64,000 nucleotides of DNA from Polyangiaceae bacterium (GCA_965222375.1 CBDCTZ010000015.1:1088001-1152000); one strand, 5' to 3'; shown: positions 39,579 through 49,060, counted from the first letter of the stretch. Made by a program: numbers and translations. Notes: generated by a model from the sequence alone, not told the origin.

Positions 39579-41539
39579 CTCCCGGTAGGGACGGCCCTTT
39601 ACGGGCCGCCCCCCGGACAGATCCGGACGTGCGGATTTCCCGCATCCGGCTCCTCAGGCCACGGCTTTGCTACGCGAAGCGGCGCGAGGCATCGGGTTTC
39701 GGGAGCGGATTGCGCTCCAGTAGCCGATCCATCGCAGGCCAGGTGAGTCGCGCTTTGTCGGAGCGTCGAGACAGCCAGCGCTTCCACTTCCGCACAGTGG
39801 CGAAGTACAAGCTCCAGAGGCGGCTGAAGTTGCCGGTACGGCCGAAGTAGGCGTAGTGACCGCGAAGTTTCGCAGCCAGCGCCTGACGCTGTACTCGCAC
39901 AGAAGCATGCCGGTGATTCCGACACCACTGTGCGATGGCGTTGACCGCTCTCTGGTATCTGTCTTTCGCTGTTCGCGTCCTCACCACCCACTTGCCAGCC
40001 AGGCTCTTTGCCCAGTGGAAGGTGAAGCCGAGGAAGTTGAAGGAGCTAGGCCCCGATGGCCCCTCACCCTCGCCGCCGCGACGCCGTCGGATCCGGTCCG
40101 GCCGTTTGAACGGCACGAGCTTTGTCTTTTCGGCGTGCAGCGTGAGCCCGAACTTGGCGAATCGCTTCGGCAAGACCTCGAACACACGCCTGGCGTCTTC
40201 CTCGAACTCGAACAGCATGACGGCATCGTCCGCGTAGCGAACGAGGTGCGCCCGAGCCCGAAGGCGGGGACGCACTTGTCGCTCGAACCAGACGTCAAGC
40301 ACCTCATGCAGGTAGATGTTTGCCAGCAACGGCGAGATCACCCCGCCCTGTGGCGTGCCGGCATCCGGGTAGCTCAGCCGCCCGGACTCCAGCACTCCTG
40401 CATTCAGCCACTTGCCGATCAAGCGCAGGATCACGCCATCGCGCACCCTGCAGCGCAGCACTTCCCGTAGTCGTCCGTGGTCCAAGGTATCGAAAAACTT
40501 TCGTATATCGATCTCCAGAACCCAACCGCCAGCCATCTTGACCATCGGTGTCCGAAGCGTTTCCAGAGCCTGGTGCGCAGAGCGCCCTGGCCGGAAGCCA
40601 TAGGAGCAGTTCAAGAAGTCCTGCTCATAGACTGCTTCGAGCACCATCGCGACTGCTCGTTGCAACACCTTGTCCTCGAAGGTTGGGATCCCAAGCGGGC
40701 GCGTTTCCTTCCCTCCCCCCTTGGGGATGTGCACACGCCGCACGGGTGGGGCTCGGTATGTGCCGGACTTCGCGCGGTCGAGCAGCGACTGGAGATGTTC
40801 CTCCAGGTTGGCCGCGTACTCTTGCGCGCTCTGCCCGTCCACGCCCACAGCACCATCCTTGCGAGTCCTGCGGTGCGCTTCGCGCAGCCACTCCAGGTCG
40901 ATGTGATGGGCCAGCGTCGTGAACGCCATGTCGGGCGCTTGCTGCGCCAGCGTTGCTATCCTTTCGACTTTCGTTGAGATGCTTGTTGAGCTCGATGTCT
41001 CACTCATCTTTCCCTCTTTCGGTTCCGTGACCCGGCGCCATCCTTCGCTCCACCGGGTCGCTTGGGAGGCTTCCCCGGCTTCGACTACTATTTGGCGCTC
41101 GGACTTCCCGCCCGCCCCACCTCGCTCACTTGCGCTTGCTTGGCAGTTCCGGTTTCCCGGAGCGGACAGGACCTCTCAAGTTCCTCGGTGACCCCTTCGC
41201 GCACATGCCGTGTTCTACGACCTCGGTGGGACCGCGGAGACACGCCGTCGGGGCGTTGCCCCTGACTCTTGCTCCGCTGGTATTGCCTTCCGGCCTGTGC
41301 TGAGCCGTCGGCTCCCACGACTACCAACCTTTCGCGGCCCAATTGCACGGCCTGCACGCTCGCTGTCTACGCTTCGCAGCAGTCCTCCCTTTCGGTTGTG
41401 ACTGCCACGCAAGACTCGCTTTCAGCTGGCGGCGCACCCTTGGCTGAGCGGGACTCCAACCCGCTGGGTCACTACATCAAGTTTCAGTTATGTCTGGCTC
41501 TTACATGACTTCCTCCTGATCGAAGCTTTCTTGACGCAC
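39579..41539 (-). mobile_element. Complete group II intron
   Basis: 5' GTGCG at 41539; D5 GAGCCGGATGCGGGAAATCCGCACGTCCGGATC (39652-39620); D6 with bulged A; RT ORF inside; empty site at 48357/48358 fixes boundaries. Confidence 0.92.
39670..41007 (-). CDS. ltrA: Group II intron reverse transcriptase/maturase (no endonuclease domain)
   Basis: [45 protein letters not shown] domain LRGHYAYF. Confidence 0.95.
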   Translation of the reverse strand: MSETSSSTSISTKVERIATLAQQAPDMAFTTLAHHIDLEWLREAHRRTRKDGAVGVDGQSAQEYAANLEEHLQSLLDRAKSGTYRAPPVRRVHIPKGGGKETRPLGIPTFEDKVLQRAVAMVLEAVYEQDFLNCSYGFRPGRSAHQALETLRTPMVKMAGGWVLEIDIRKFFDTLDHGRLREVLRCRVRDGVILRLIGKWLNAGVLESGRLSYPDAGTPQGGVISPLLANIYLHEVLDVWFERQVRPRLRARAHLVRYADDAVMLFEFEEDARRVFEVLPKRFAKFGLTLHAEKTKLVPFKRPDRIRRRRGGEGEGPSGPSSFNFLGFTFHWAKSLAGKWVVRTRTAKDRYQRAVNAIAQWCRNHRHASVRVQRQALAAKLRGHYAYFGRTGNFSRLWSLYFATVRKWKRWLSRRSDKARLTWPAMDRLLERNPLPKPDASRRFA

Positions 41540-41631
41540 AGCATGGCTTTGGGTAGGGACCGGCGAGGTGGCGCCAAAGTTGTGCACGCAATGTCGTCGC
41601 TGCGTCCGCGACGAGCGCCGCCGAGACGAGG

Positions 41632-44049
41632 GTGGGCAGCCCAACCTTCCCAGATGGCACGCAGAGCACGCAATTCATCGGACGCGACCGAACGCTGACC
41701 ACGACGCTGCCCGACGGCACCGTCATCACGACCACCGAAGCCCCCGACCCCCGCTTCGGCTTCGCCAGCAAGGTAGTCTCCACCGAAACCCGCACGCCCT
41801 CAGGCCTGGTCCGCACGGAAACCGCCGACCGCAGCGTCACGCTGAGCGATCCGCTCGATCCCCTCAGCCTGCTCACGCAAACAGACACCACGACCATCGA
41901 CGGCCGCGTCACCACGAGCGTCTTCGACCGCGCCACCTTGACCACCACCACCACCAGCCCCGCCGGCCGCCAGGTCATCACCATCCAAGACGACCAAGGC
42001 CGCACCACCCGCCGCGACGTGCCCGGCATTCTCCCCGTGGACTTCGCCTACGACCTGCGCGGCAGGCTCTCCACCATCACCCAAGGCTCCCGCACCCGCA
42101 CGACCAACTACTTCAACACCACCGACACGCGAAACGGCTACGTCCAGTCCATCACGGACGCGTTGACGCAGACGACCAGCTTCACCCCCGACGCCATCGG
42201 CCGCGTGCTCCAACAGCTCGATCCCGATGGCGCCATCACCAGCTTCGCCTGGGACGGCAACGGAAACCTGACCAGCGTCACGCCCCCCGGCCAGCCCGCC
42301 CACGGCCAAACCTTCACGCCCGTGGACCTACTGGGCAGCTACGATCCGCCCGCCGTGCCCGGCGTGACGACTCCGAGTACACTGTTCAACTACGACCTGG
42401 ACAGGATGCTGACGCAAACCACGAGACCCGATGGATTGCTCATCGGACGCACGTATGACACAGCGGGCAAGCTCGACTTCATGACGACGCCCTCGGGCAC
42501 AGTCGACTACACATATTTCGGGCTGACGCCTTGTCCGGGATGCGCGCCGGGACGGCTCTCTTCCATCACCGACCCGAGCGGGGTCGTGCTCTCGCATACC
42601 TACGACGGGCAGCTCATGTCCTCGATGAGCTGGAGTGGGCCGTTCAGTGGGAGCGTGGCGTTTGGGTACGACAACTCGTTCCGCACGATTTCCGAGACGG
42701 TGACCGTTGGGGCGACCACAAGCCCAGCGTTCTTTGGCTATGACCCTGACGACATCGTCATCTGCGCCTCGCAGACCAGCTGCGCGCCGCCGAGCGCGGA
42801 CGCGCTTGCCGTTGCCCTCGACCCACAGAATGGCCGCGTCACGGGCTCGGCCCTTGGCCTCGTCACCGACACCTGGACCTACAACGCCTATGGCGAGATG
42901 GCTTCGTATGTCGCGACCACCGGAGGCACGACGCTCTTCTCCGAAGTCGTCGACACGGCCACCGACCCTCGCGATCAGCTTGGCCGCATCGTCACTCGCG
43001 TCGAAGCAAACGGCGCCGCGCCCATCACCTGGGACTACAGCTATGACTTGCGGGGCAGGCTGACGGATGTGTTCAAGAACGGCTCCCTCTTCGAGCACTA
43101 CGGATATGATTCAAACGGCAATCGCACGCTGCTTCAGACGAGTTCGTCGTCGATTGTGGGCGCCTATGACGCGCAGGACAGGCTGCTCACGTACGGGACG
43201 CTCTCGTACACGTACACCGCGAATGGCGAGCTCGCCTCGAAGACGGATTCTTCGACATCAGAGACGACGCTCTACCAATATGACGTGCGGGGCAACCTCG
43301 TGCGCGTCGATCTGTCAGGCGGTGACGTCATCGAGTACCTCGTTGATGGCGAAGACCGCCGCGTCGCCGAGAAGCGAAACGGTGTGCTCGAAAAGGCGTG
43401 GCTGTACCGTGACGGGCTCAATCCCGTGGCGGAGCTCGATGGAGCGGGCGCATTGGTTTCCCGTTTCGTCTACGCATCGAAGGCCAACGTGCCTGACTTC
43501 ATGGTGCGCGGAGGCGTCACCTATCGCATCTTGAGCGACCACCTTGGGTCGCCAAGGGCGATTGTCGACGTGGCGAGCGGCACCGCCGCGTGGCGTGCCG
43601 ACTATGATGCTTGGGGCAACCGCACCGTGCTCACGGGCGCAGCGGACTTTGTGCCCTTTGGCTTTGCAGGCGGGCTGCACGACGCAGACACTGGGCTCGT
43701 GCGCTTTGGGGCGCGGGATTACGATCCCGTGACGGGGAGGTGGACGGCTAAGGATCCGATTGGGTTTGCAATAGGGCGTTGGAATCTGTACGCGTACGCA
43801 GTTGGCGATCCAGTGAACCGCATTGATCCAACCGGCTTCTTTGATCAGAAGAAGTGTCGCGAATGCTACTTCAACGCCACCGATCGATTCGAAGTCTGCC
43901 GGAAAAAGTGCTTCCGAGATCACGACCCCCCGATATGTTCGACACCGGCATCTACCGGCGAACGCTACAGGGCCTGTGTCGACAACTGTAAGCAGGAACG
44001 TGCAAGGGCCGAGGATGCCTGTTTTAACGAGGACTTCTGCAAGCGTTGA
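41632..44049 (+). CDS. Orphan RHS core with alternative C-terminal tip (5'-truncated, probably silent)
   Basis: Homology to main RHS begins abruptly at 41644; DPVNRIDPTG then an unrelated 70-aa tip. Confidence 0.88.
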   Translation: MGSPTFPDGTQSTQFIGRDRTLTTTLPDGTVITTTEAPDPRFGFASKVVSTETRTPSGLVRTETADRSVTLSDPLDPLSLLTQTDTTTIDGRVTTSVFDRATLTTTTTSPAGRQVITIQDDQGRTTRRDVPGILPVDFAYDLRGRLSTITQGSRTRTTNYFNTTDTRNGYVQSITDALTQTTSFTPDAIGRVLQQLDPDGAITSFAWDGNGNLTSVTPPGQPAHGQTFTPVDLLGSYDPPAVPGVTTPSTLFNYDLDRMLTQTTRPDGLLIGRTYDTAGKLDFMTTPSGTVDYTYFGLTPCPGCAPGRLSSITDPSGVVLSHTYDGQLMSSMSWSGPFSGSVAFGYDNSFRTISETVTVGATTSPAFFGYDPDDIVICASQTSCAPPSADALAVALDPQNGRVTGSALGLVTDTWTYNAYGEMASYVATTGGTTLFSEVVDTATDPRDQLGRIVTRVEANGAAPITWDYSYDLRGRLTDVFKNGSLFEHYGYDSNGNRTLLQTSSSSIVGAYDAQDRLLTYGTLSYTYTANGELASKTDSSTSETTLYQYDVRGNLVRVDLSGGDVIEYLVDGEDRRVAEKRNGVLEKAWLYRDGLNPVAELDGAGALVSRFVYASKANVPDFMVRGGVTYRILSDHLGSPRAIVDVASGTAAWRADYDAWGNRTVLTGAADFVPFGFAGGLHDADTGLVRFGARDYDPVTGRWTAKDPIGFAIGRWNLYAYAVGDPVNRIDPTGFFDQKKCRECYFNATDRFEVCRKKCFRDHDPPICSTPASTGERYRACVDNCKQERARAEDACFNEDFCKR

Positions 44050-44441
44050 GAACTGTGCAACAGATTCGTTGGCCCATCATGATTGCGGCAGTGACAAGTC
44101 TCTGGTGCATGGACTGCCGGGATCGGTCAAAGCAGTTGGAGCCGCGGAAAGCGGACGCCAGCGGCCTGATTCTCGCGGACCCCACCTCCACGAAGCGCGC
44201 TGCTTCCGAGCCGACTACCAAGACGCAACCTGCAGGAAGCCAACACAGGGCAGCACCACAAGGAGTCGCAAGCGCGAAGAAAGAGTATCCACACGCGGAT
44301 ACGGTTCGTGGCGCGAAGAACTTGTTCGATTCGCTTCGAGATGACCAACGGGCTGGTCGCGCCAGTGAGGAGGACGTTAGGGCAATGGACAGGCTCTGTC
44401 GACGATTCAGGACAGAGTTTGGGCCAAAACGATGTCCGTGA
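44046..44441 (+). CDS. Putative exported immunity partner of orphan tip
   Basis: TTGA overlap with orphan stop; N-terminal hydrophobic stretch ending WCMDC. Confidence 0.5.
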   Translation: MRTVQQIRWPIMIAAVTSLWCMDCRDRSKQLEPRKADASGLILADPTSTKRAASEPTTKTQPAGSQHRAAPQGVASAKKEYPHADTVRGAKNLFDSLRDDQRAGRASEEDVRAMDRLCRRFRTEFGPKRCP

Positions 44442-44501
44442 TTTGTAAAACTCAGAACTCCATCTGACAGTCGGCTCGGCTCATGTCGATGTCCGATTCT
44501 G

Positions 44502-44724
44502 TGTCCTAGTGTCCTAGCCCAGCGACATTTTCCGCTCGAAAACAACGCAAAATGACCTCCCATTGGTTCACCGATCTGGCCCTCGCATCAGCGGGAGCAC
44601 AGCGCGCGACGGGCAACTGTCCTAGCCCAGCGACATTTTCCGCTCGAAAACAACGCAAAATGACCCCCATTGGTTCACCGATCTGGCCCTCGCACCAGCG
44701 GGAGCACGGTGCGCGACGGGCAAC
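44502..44724. repeat. Tandem ~108-bp duplication beginning TGTCCTAG (IS end repeated)
   Basis: Copies 44510-44617 and 44618-44724 plus an extra TGTCCTAG at 44502-44509. Confidence 0.9.
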
Positions 44725-46445
44725 AACAACTCCAAAGGAGCCTCCCTACGCAAATGTGGACGCAAGAGGAAGCAAGCGGACGCAGCTAGCCGTTTGCGCG
44801 CTAACCACGCGCGCACAGAGCCCATGGGACGCACCCGGTCAAGCCGCTTCGGCGAGCTGGACGATGGGCAAGTGCTCACGCCTTCGAAAGGGAGTGACGA
44901 CGAGGACGGGAGGCGCACGTGCTTCGAGATCAAGCCTGGACGGAGCAGACGCGTAGCCTCGAAGCTTCTCAATCGGCGTCGCGCCATCGAGCGCTTGGTG
45001 TGGTCTGTGCTCGTTGTACCAAGTGATGTAGGCATCGAGCTCAGCACACATGGCTTGGACGGAAAACGGCACGTGGATGATCCGAAAGGATTCGTTTTTC
45101 ATCGACAGCCAGAAGCGCTCGATGAAAGCGATGCTGCCACTCTTGCCGACGGCGCCGAAGCGGGGCTTGGCTCCGACGCATTTGCACCAGGCACGATACT
45201 TGTTTTGAAACTGCGCCCCCTGGTCACTGATGATGTGCTTGGGCGGCGTAGCGGCGTGCTCTACCGCGCGGGACAGCACGCGACAGACCTCTTCGGCACT
45301 CGGCTGGGCCTTGAAGACGCCTTTGGCGAGCACGACGCGGCTATGCTGATCCATGACGGCGCAAACCCACCAACAGAAAGGCCAGCACTGGGGCACGCTG
45401 AAGGGCAGCCAAGCGGTCCAGAATCCTCCGACGATGGGCACCAAGGTCATGTCCACGTTCCAGACGTGATGGGCATGTCGAGCCCGGACACCATGACGGC
45501 GCGGCGGCGTCGCCGCCTCCGGTCCGCTGGCTTCAGCCGCCTCCGCCGGCGGCGCGTTCGACTCGGGAGCATTCGACTCGGGAGGGCTTGGCGGCTCGGG
45601 CGGCAGCTTTCGCTCTTGCAAACGCTCGACCGTCGAGGCTGCGAGCACGAGCCCAGCCCGAGCGAGCAGCTGAGCCTTGCGCACTTTGCCAAAGCTAGGC
45701 ACCTGGGAGGCCAGCTGCTGCACGACGAGGGCGTAGTAGTCAGGCAACTTGTTGACGGGGTGGGACAAGTCGAGCAGCGCCTGCTGCCCACCTTCATCGA
45801 CGCGCTTGGTCCAGTTGGCGATGGTGGCTGCCGACACCTGGAACACTCTTGCTGTTGCAGCAGCATTCCAGTGAGCCTGCGCTCGCACCGCCAAGATGCT
45901 CATGCGCTCCTTGGGGGCGTAGTGAGGACGCTGAGCCGGCGGGATCCGCGCCATGCGAGCGTCCTTGATGCGCGCCACTTCGGTGAGCAGAGCGCAAGGC
46001 GGACGCGGGACAGACGACTGTTGACGCACCAAGAGTGGCTGCGCACGACGGCATCATGAGCCAAGGCCACGGCACACAGGAAAGCCCGTTGCACACAAGC
46101 CGGCCAAACTTCAGGCACCGGCACCTGCAGATCTTTGCCCATGAAATCATGGTCTCGACGGCGCAGCAGCGCGTCAATGGCCGGCACCCGCCTTCACTCA
46201 AGCGGCCCGAGCCAGCCCGATGGCATGCTCATTGTCTATGCCACCCGGCAGCGAAAGGGATGGCGTGACGCAGCTCTGCCTGAGCGCCAGCGCTTCACAC
46301 GCTCCCGGCACGATCATTGTGCATGCCAAGTGCCTCGAAACTTCGCGCAGATGCGCGCACGAAACCGATCAACACAAGGCTCGAACCACGATAAAGTGAT
46401 CCGCTGGGGCCTTCCGATCCCGCGGAACGCGGATGGTCTTTGACA
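44510..46445 (-). mobile_element. IS with DDE/rve transposase (IS481/IS3-like), TGT...ACA ends, decayed
   Basis: Left TGTCCTAGCCCAGC..TTCCGC vs right end (rc) TGTCAAAGACCATC..TTCCGC; no target duplication seen. Confidence 0.6.
44839..46142 (-). pseudogene. Frameshifted integrase-core (rve) transposase
   Basis: WNVDMT, VMDQHSR, ISDQGAQF, IERFWLSMKNE, YNEHRPHQAL; N-terminus MGKDL...RVRLA is in another frame (break ~45995). Confidence 0.8.
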
Positions 46446-46459
46446 GCTCAACACAGCAC

Positions 46460-46486
46460 GGCCTGCGGCACGAGGCGCCGCAGGCC
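46460..46486. terminator. GC hairpin downstream of DUF559 gene
   Basis: GGCCTGCGGC-N7-GCCGCAGGCC; no U-tract. Confidence 0.45.
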
Positions 46487-46497
46487 CACGGCTGAGT

Positions 46498-46848
46498 TCA
46501 CCCGAGGGCTTGGCGCACGAGGGCCACAGCCGCGTCGATGTCGCGGACGACGAGCTCGGCGTCGATACGCAGGACACGCCAACCGGCGCGCTTCAGCGCC
46601 CGGTCCCGGCGGGCATCCCTAGCAGCGAAGCGAGCATGATAAAGGCCATCCACTTCCACGGCTAGACGGCGAGAAGGCGCACACAGGTCAACGATAAACC
46701 GGCCGACAACATACTCACGCCTGAAGCCAGCCCCTAGTTGGCTGCCTTTCAAACGGGACCATAACTTGGCTTCAGAAAACGTCGGATGACGCCTTCGCTC
46801 GTGGGCGAAGCGAGCGATGCGGGGACAAGAGCGAGACGTGCGATGCAT
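46498..46848 (-). CDS. DUF559 (Vsr-like) endonuclease domain protein
   Basis: TxSEAKLW, FRRE..VG.FIVD, LAVEVDG..H, RD..RD..L...GWRVLR; GGGAGG RBS. Confidence 0.88.
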   Translation of the reverse strand: MHRTSRSCPRIARFAHERRRHPTFSEAKLWSRLKGSQLGAGFRREYVVGRFIVDLCAPSRRLAVEVDGLYHARFAARDARRDRALKRAGWRVLRIDAELVVRDIDAAVALVRQALG

Positions 46849-47186
46849 GAATACCTCCCGGCCCGCCCCAGCGGCTGGGCCTTGCCCACCCATCGCGCGG
46901 GCCGCATGACACGCTCGAGGGAGCTTAGCCGCCGAAACGGCAGCGACCACCTCCGGACCGCTCGCCCGACATCGCGGAGCGTGGCGGGCGGCGTGCGCGC
47001 CTTCGGCGAGGCCCGGCCGCTGGGGCGGGCAGGACGCCAGCCATCGCCGCCGAGCTGCTGTCGGAACACGCTCCTCTCGTGCGACGTTGCAGGAAGTGAA
47101 GCGGCAGCACCAGCGACGGTAGGGCCAGCGTAGTGAGCCTGTGAATACCCAACCGCAAAAGTGGCTATGGGGTGTAGAGTCCCACC

Positions 47187-48161
47187 ATGAAAACGCCGCA
47201 CGACGATTTATTCCAGCTGGTGTTTTCCGACCCCGACAATGCGGTCGGCGAGCTCAAGCACCTGCTGCCACCGGAAGTGAGCCAACGCATCGACTGGACG
47301 ACGCTTCAAAAGCTGCACGTGAACTTCGTCGACGAAGAGTTTTCGAGACGGCGAGCCGACGTGGCCTTTTCGGTCAAGCTCGATGGTCGGCAGGTCGTGC
47401 TTTACCTGCTCTTGGAACACCAGAGCACGTCGGACAACCTGATGGGCTTTCGCCTGTTGTTGTACATGGTCCGGCTCTGGGACGACTATCTCAAGGACCA
47501 CCCCAAAGCCAAGCTCTTGCCCGCCATCATCCCGATGGTGGTCCACCACAGCGAGGACGGCTGGAAAGCGCCGCGGCAGTTTCACGAGCTGCTGGACTTG
47601 GAGCCGGAGACCTTGAAGCTACTCCGACCCTTGCTGCCCCGCTTCGAGTACCTGCTCGACGACCTGTCCGCGGCCGAGTCCGAGGAACTCAAGTCTCGGG
47701 TGATGACGGCCCTGGGCCGGCTGACGCTGCTGAGCTTCAGCCAGGCGCGCAAACAAGTCGATTTGATGCCGCAGCTGGTCAGGTGGCAGGAGCTATTGCG
47801 ACAAGCCAGCGCGGCCCCCAACGGGGTAGCGGCATTGGCGGCGCTGGTGCGCTATATTCTCCACACCAGCAAAACGAACCCCGAGTCGACGCGGCAACTG
47901 TTTCGGCAACTAGGCCCAAGGCTGGAGGAAGCATTCATGACCGGAGCACAGATTCCTACACAGGAGGCTGAAGCACGAGGCAAAGCCGAAGGCAAAGCCG
48001 AAGGCAAGGCCGAAATCGTGCTCAAGCTACTCACGCTGAAATTCGGGCCCCTATCTGCGGAGCAGACTTCGCGTGTGCAAAGCAGTACCATCGAAGAGCT
48101 CGAGCGCTATGCGGAGCGGGTCATCACCGTCGACTCCCTCGACGATGTTTTCGGTCGCTAG
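47187..48161 (+). CDS. Rpn/YhgA-like PD-(D/E)XK nuclease
   Basis: PHDDLF, FVD, ADVAFSV, LLEHQS, FRLLLY, C-terminal GKAEGKAE...LKFG. Confidence 0.92.
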   Translation: MKTPHDDLFQLVFSDPDNAVGELKHLLPPEVSQRIDWTTLQKLHVNFVDEEFSRRRADVAFSVKLDGRQVVLYLLLEHQSTSDNLMGFRLLLYMVRLWDDYLKDHPKAKLLPAIIPMVVHHSEDGWKAPRQFHELLDLEPETLKLLRPLLPRFEYLLDDLSAAESEELKSRVMTALGRLTLLSFSQARKQVDLMPQLVRWQELLRQASAAPNGVAALAALVRYILHTSKTNPESTRQLFRQLGPRLEEAFMTGAQIPTQEAEARGKAEGKAEGKAEIVLKLLTLKFGPLSAEQTSRVQSSTIEELERYAERVITVDSLDDVFGR

Positions 48162-48230
48162 ACGCCAGCAGTCTGGGCACGACGCAGCGTAAACCGGTCG
48201 TCGAAGCTTCGCCTCGACGACCAAGCGCCG

Positions 48231-48361
48231 CCCAAAGCACCGCGGTCGCCAGCCAACACGACAACACGACGCCAAGGTCCCTCCCTGCCACGCGCAGCGG
48301 CGCCTGCCGCGCGGTGCAGAGAGTTACCAAGTTGCACTCGCGCGCGCAGGCGCCGCGAGCA
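48231..48361. repeat. Palindromic dispersed repeat copy 2 (intron-free)
   Basis: Matches 39452-39578 and continues directly into AGCA. Confidence 0.85.
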
Positions 48362-48570
48362 GCGTACTCCGCGAAAAGTCATCGCGAGGCATCCGATGAG
48401 TGACTTGGGGGGTCAGGAAGCGCTTGCGGCCGACGTTGTCGAAGCGATGGCACAGGTCACCGCGCTCGCTAACACCCTGTCGACGAGTTCAAACTTGTTC
48501 GGGCCAACGGAATCGCCTTGAATATGCACGACTGCCTCGACGCAGCGTGCCGCCTGACAGGTAGAGTCGC

Positions 48571-49060
48571 TCAGGCAGCGCGGCGGTAGTCGTGGTGCAG
48601 GCCGTTCAGGACGGGGAGGGCCACGACCTTGCCCGTAGGTGGCGGCCGTGCTCGCAGCTCGGGATAGGGATCGGGGATCTTGCGGATCGCTTGCGACGGC
48701 CGGGCGTGGTTGTAGTACTGGACGTACTTCTCGAGCACGCGCATCAAGTGACGCAGGTTGAGGAACACAAAGTGATCCAAGACGTGAGACCGAAGGGAAT
48801 CCCTCAGGGACTCGCGCAGGGTGCGATTGAGACGTTCGACGTAGGCATTGGCATTGGGCGCCCGGTACGGGATGGGAATTCCCCGGATGCCCATCACGGA
48901 GTGAAGCCAGAGATCGAGGGCCGACCGGAACGGCCTAGCCTTCACCCGCTTTCGAAACTGCCCGAAGATCCCGTCATTGTCGTGGATAAGAAACCGCGGA
49001 TGCTTGTCGAAGGGACAGGCTTGTCGGATCTGCGCTTTGACCCAAGGCAGGGGGGCATTT
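48571..49060 (-). pseudogene. 3' fragment of an integrase-core transposase
   Basis: FLIHDNDGIFG, APNANAYVER, YYNHARPSQ, GLHHDYRRAA; no N-terminal half. Confidence 0.8.

Noticed and set aside
39670..41007. Retron or defence-associated RT
   Set aside because: No VTG motif or msr/msd inverted repeats; intron boundaries and RNA domains are evident.
36213..43836. Diversity-generating retroelement (RT between two repeats)
   Set aside because: The RT sits within a full group II intron with D5/D6 and a maturase domain. The repeats are 2.2 kb, and the differences inspected are mostly synonymous, not adenine-restricted. No avd-like gene seen.
44794..46059. 421-aa plus-strand ORF (and similar long antisense ORFs over mutL, RHS and the sulfatase)
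   Set aside because: Shadow frames of real genes in high-GC DNA.
46320..46336. sigma54 promoter upstream of the transposase (minus strand, AGGCACTTGGCATGCA)
   Set aside because: Has GG-N10-GC but lacks TT before GC; likely chance.
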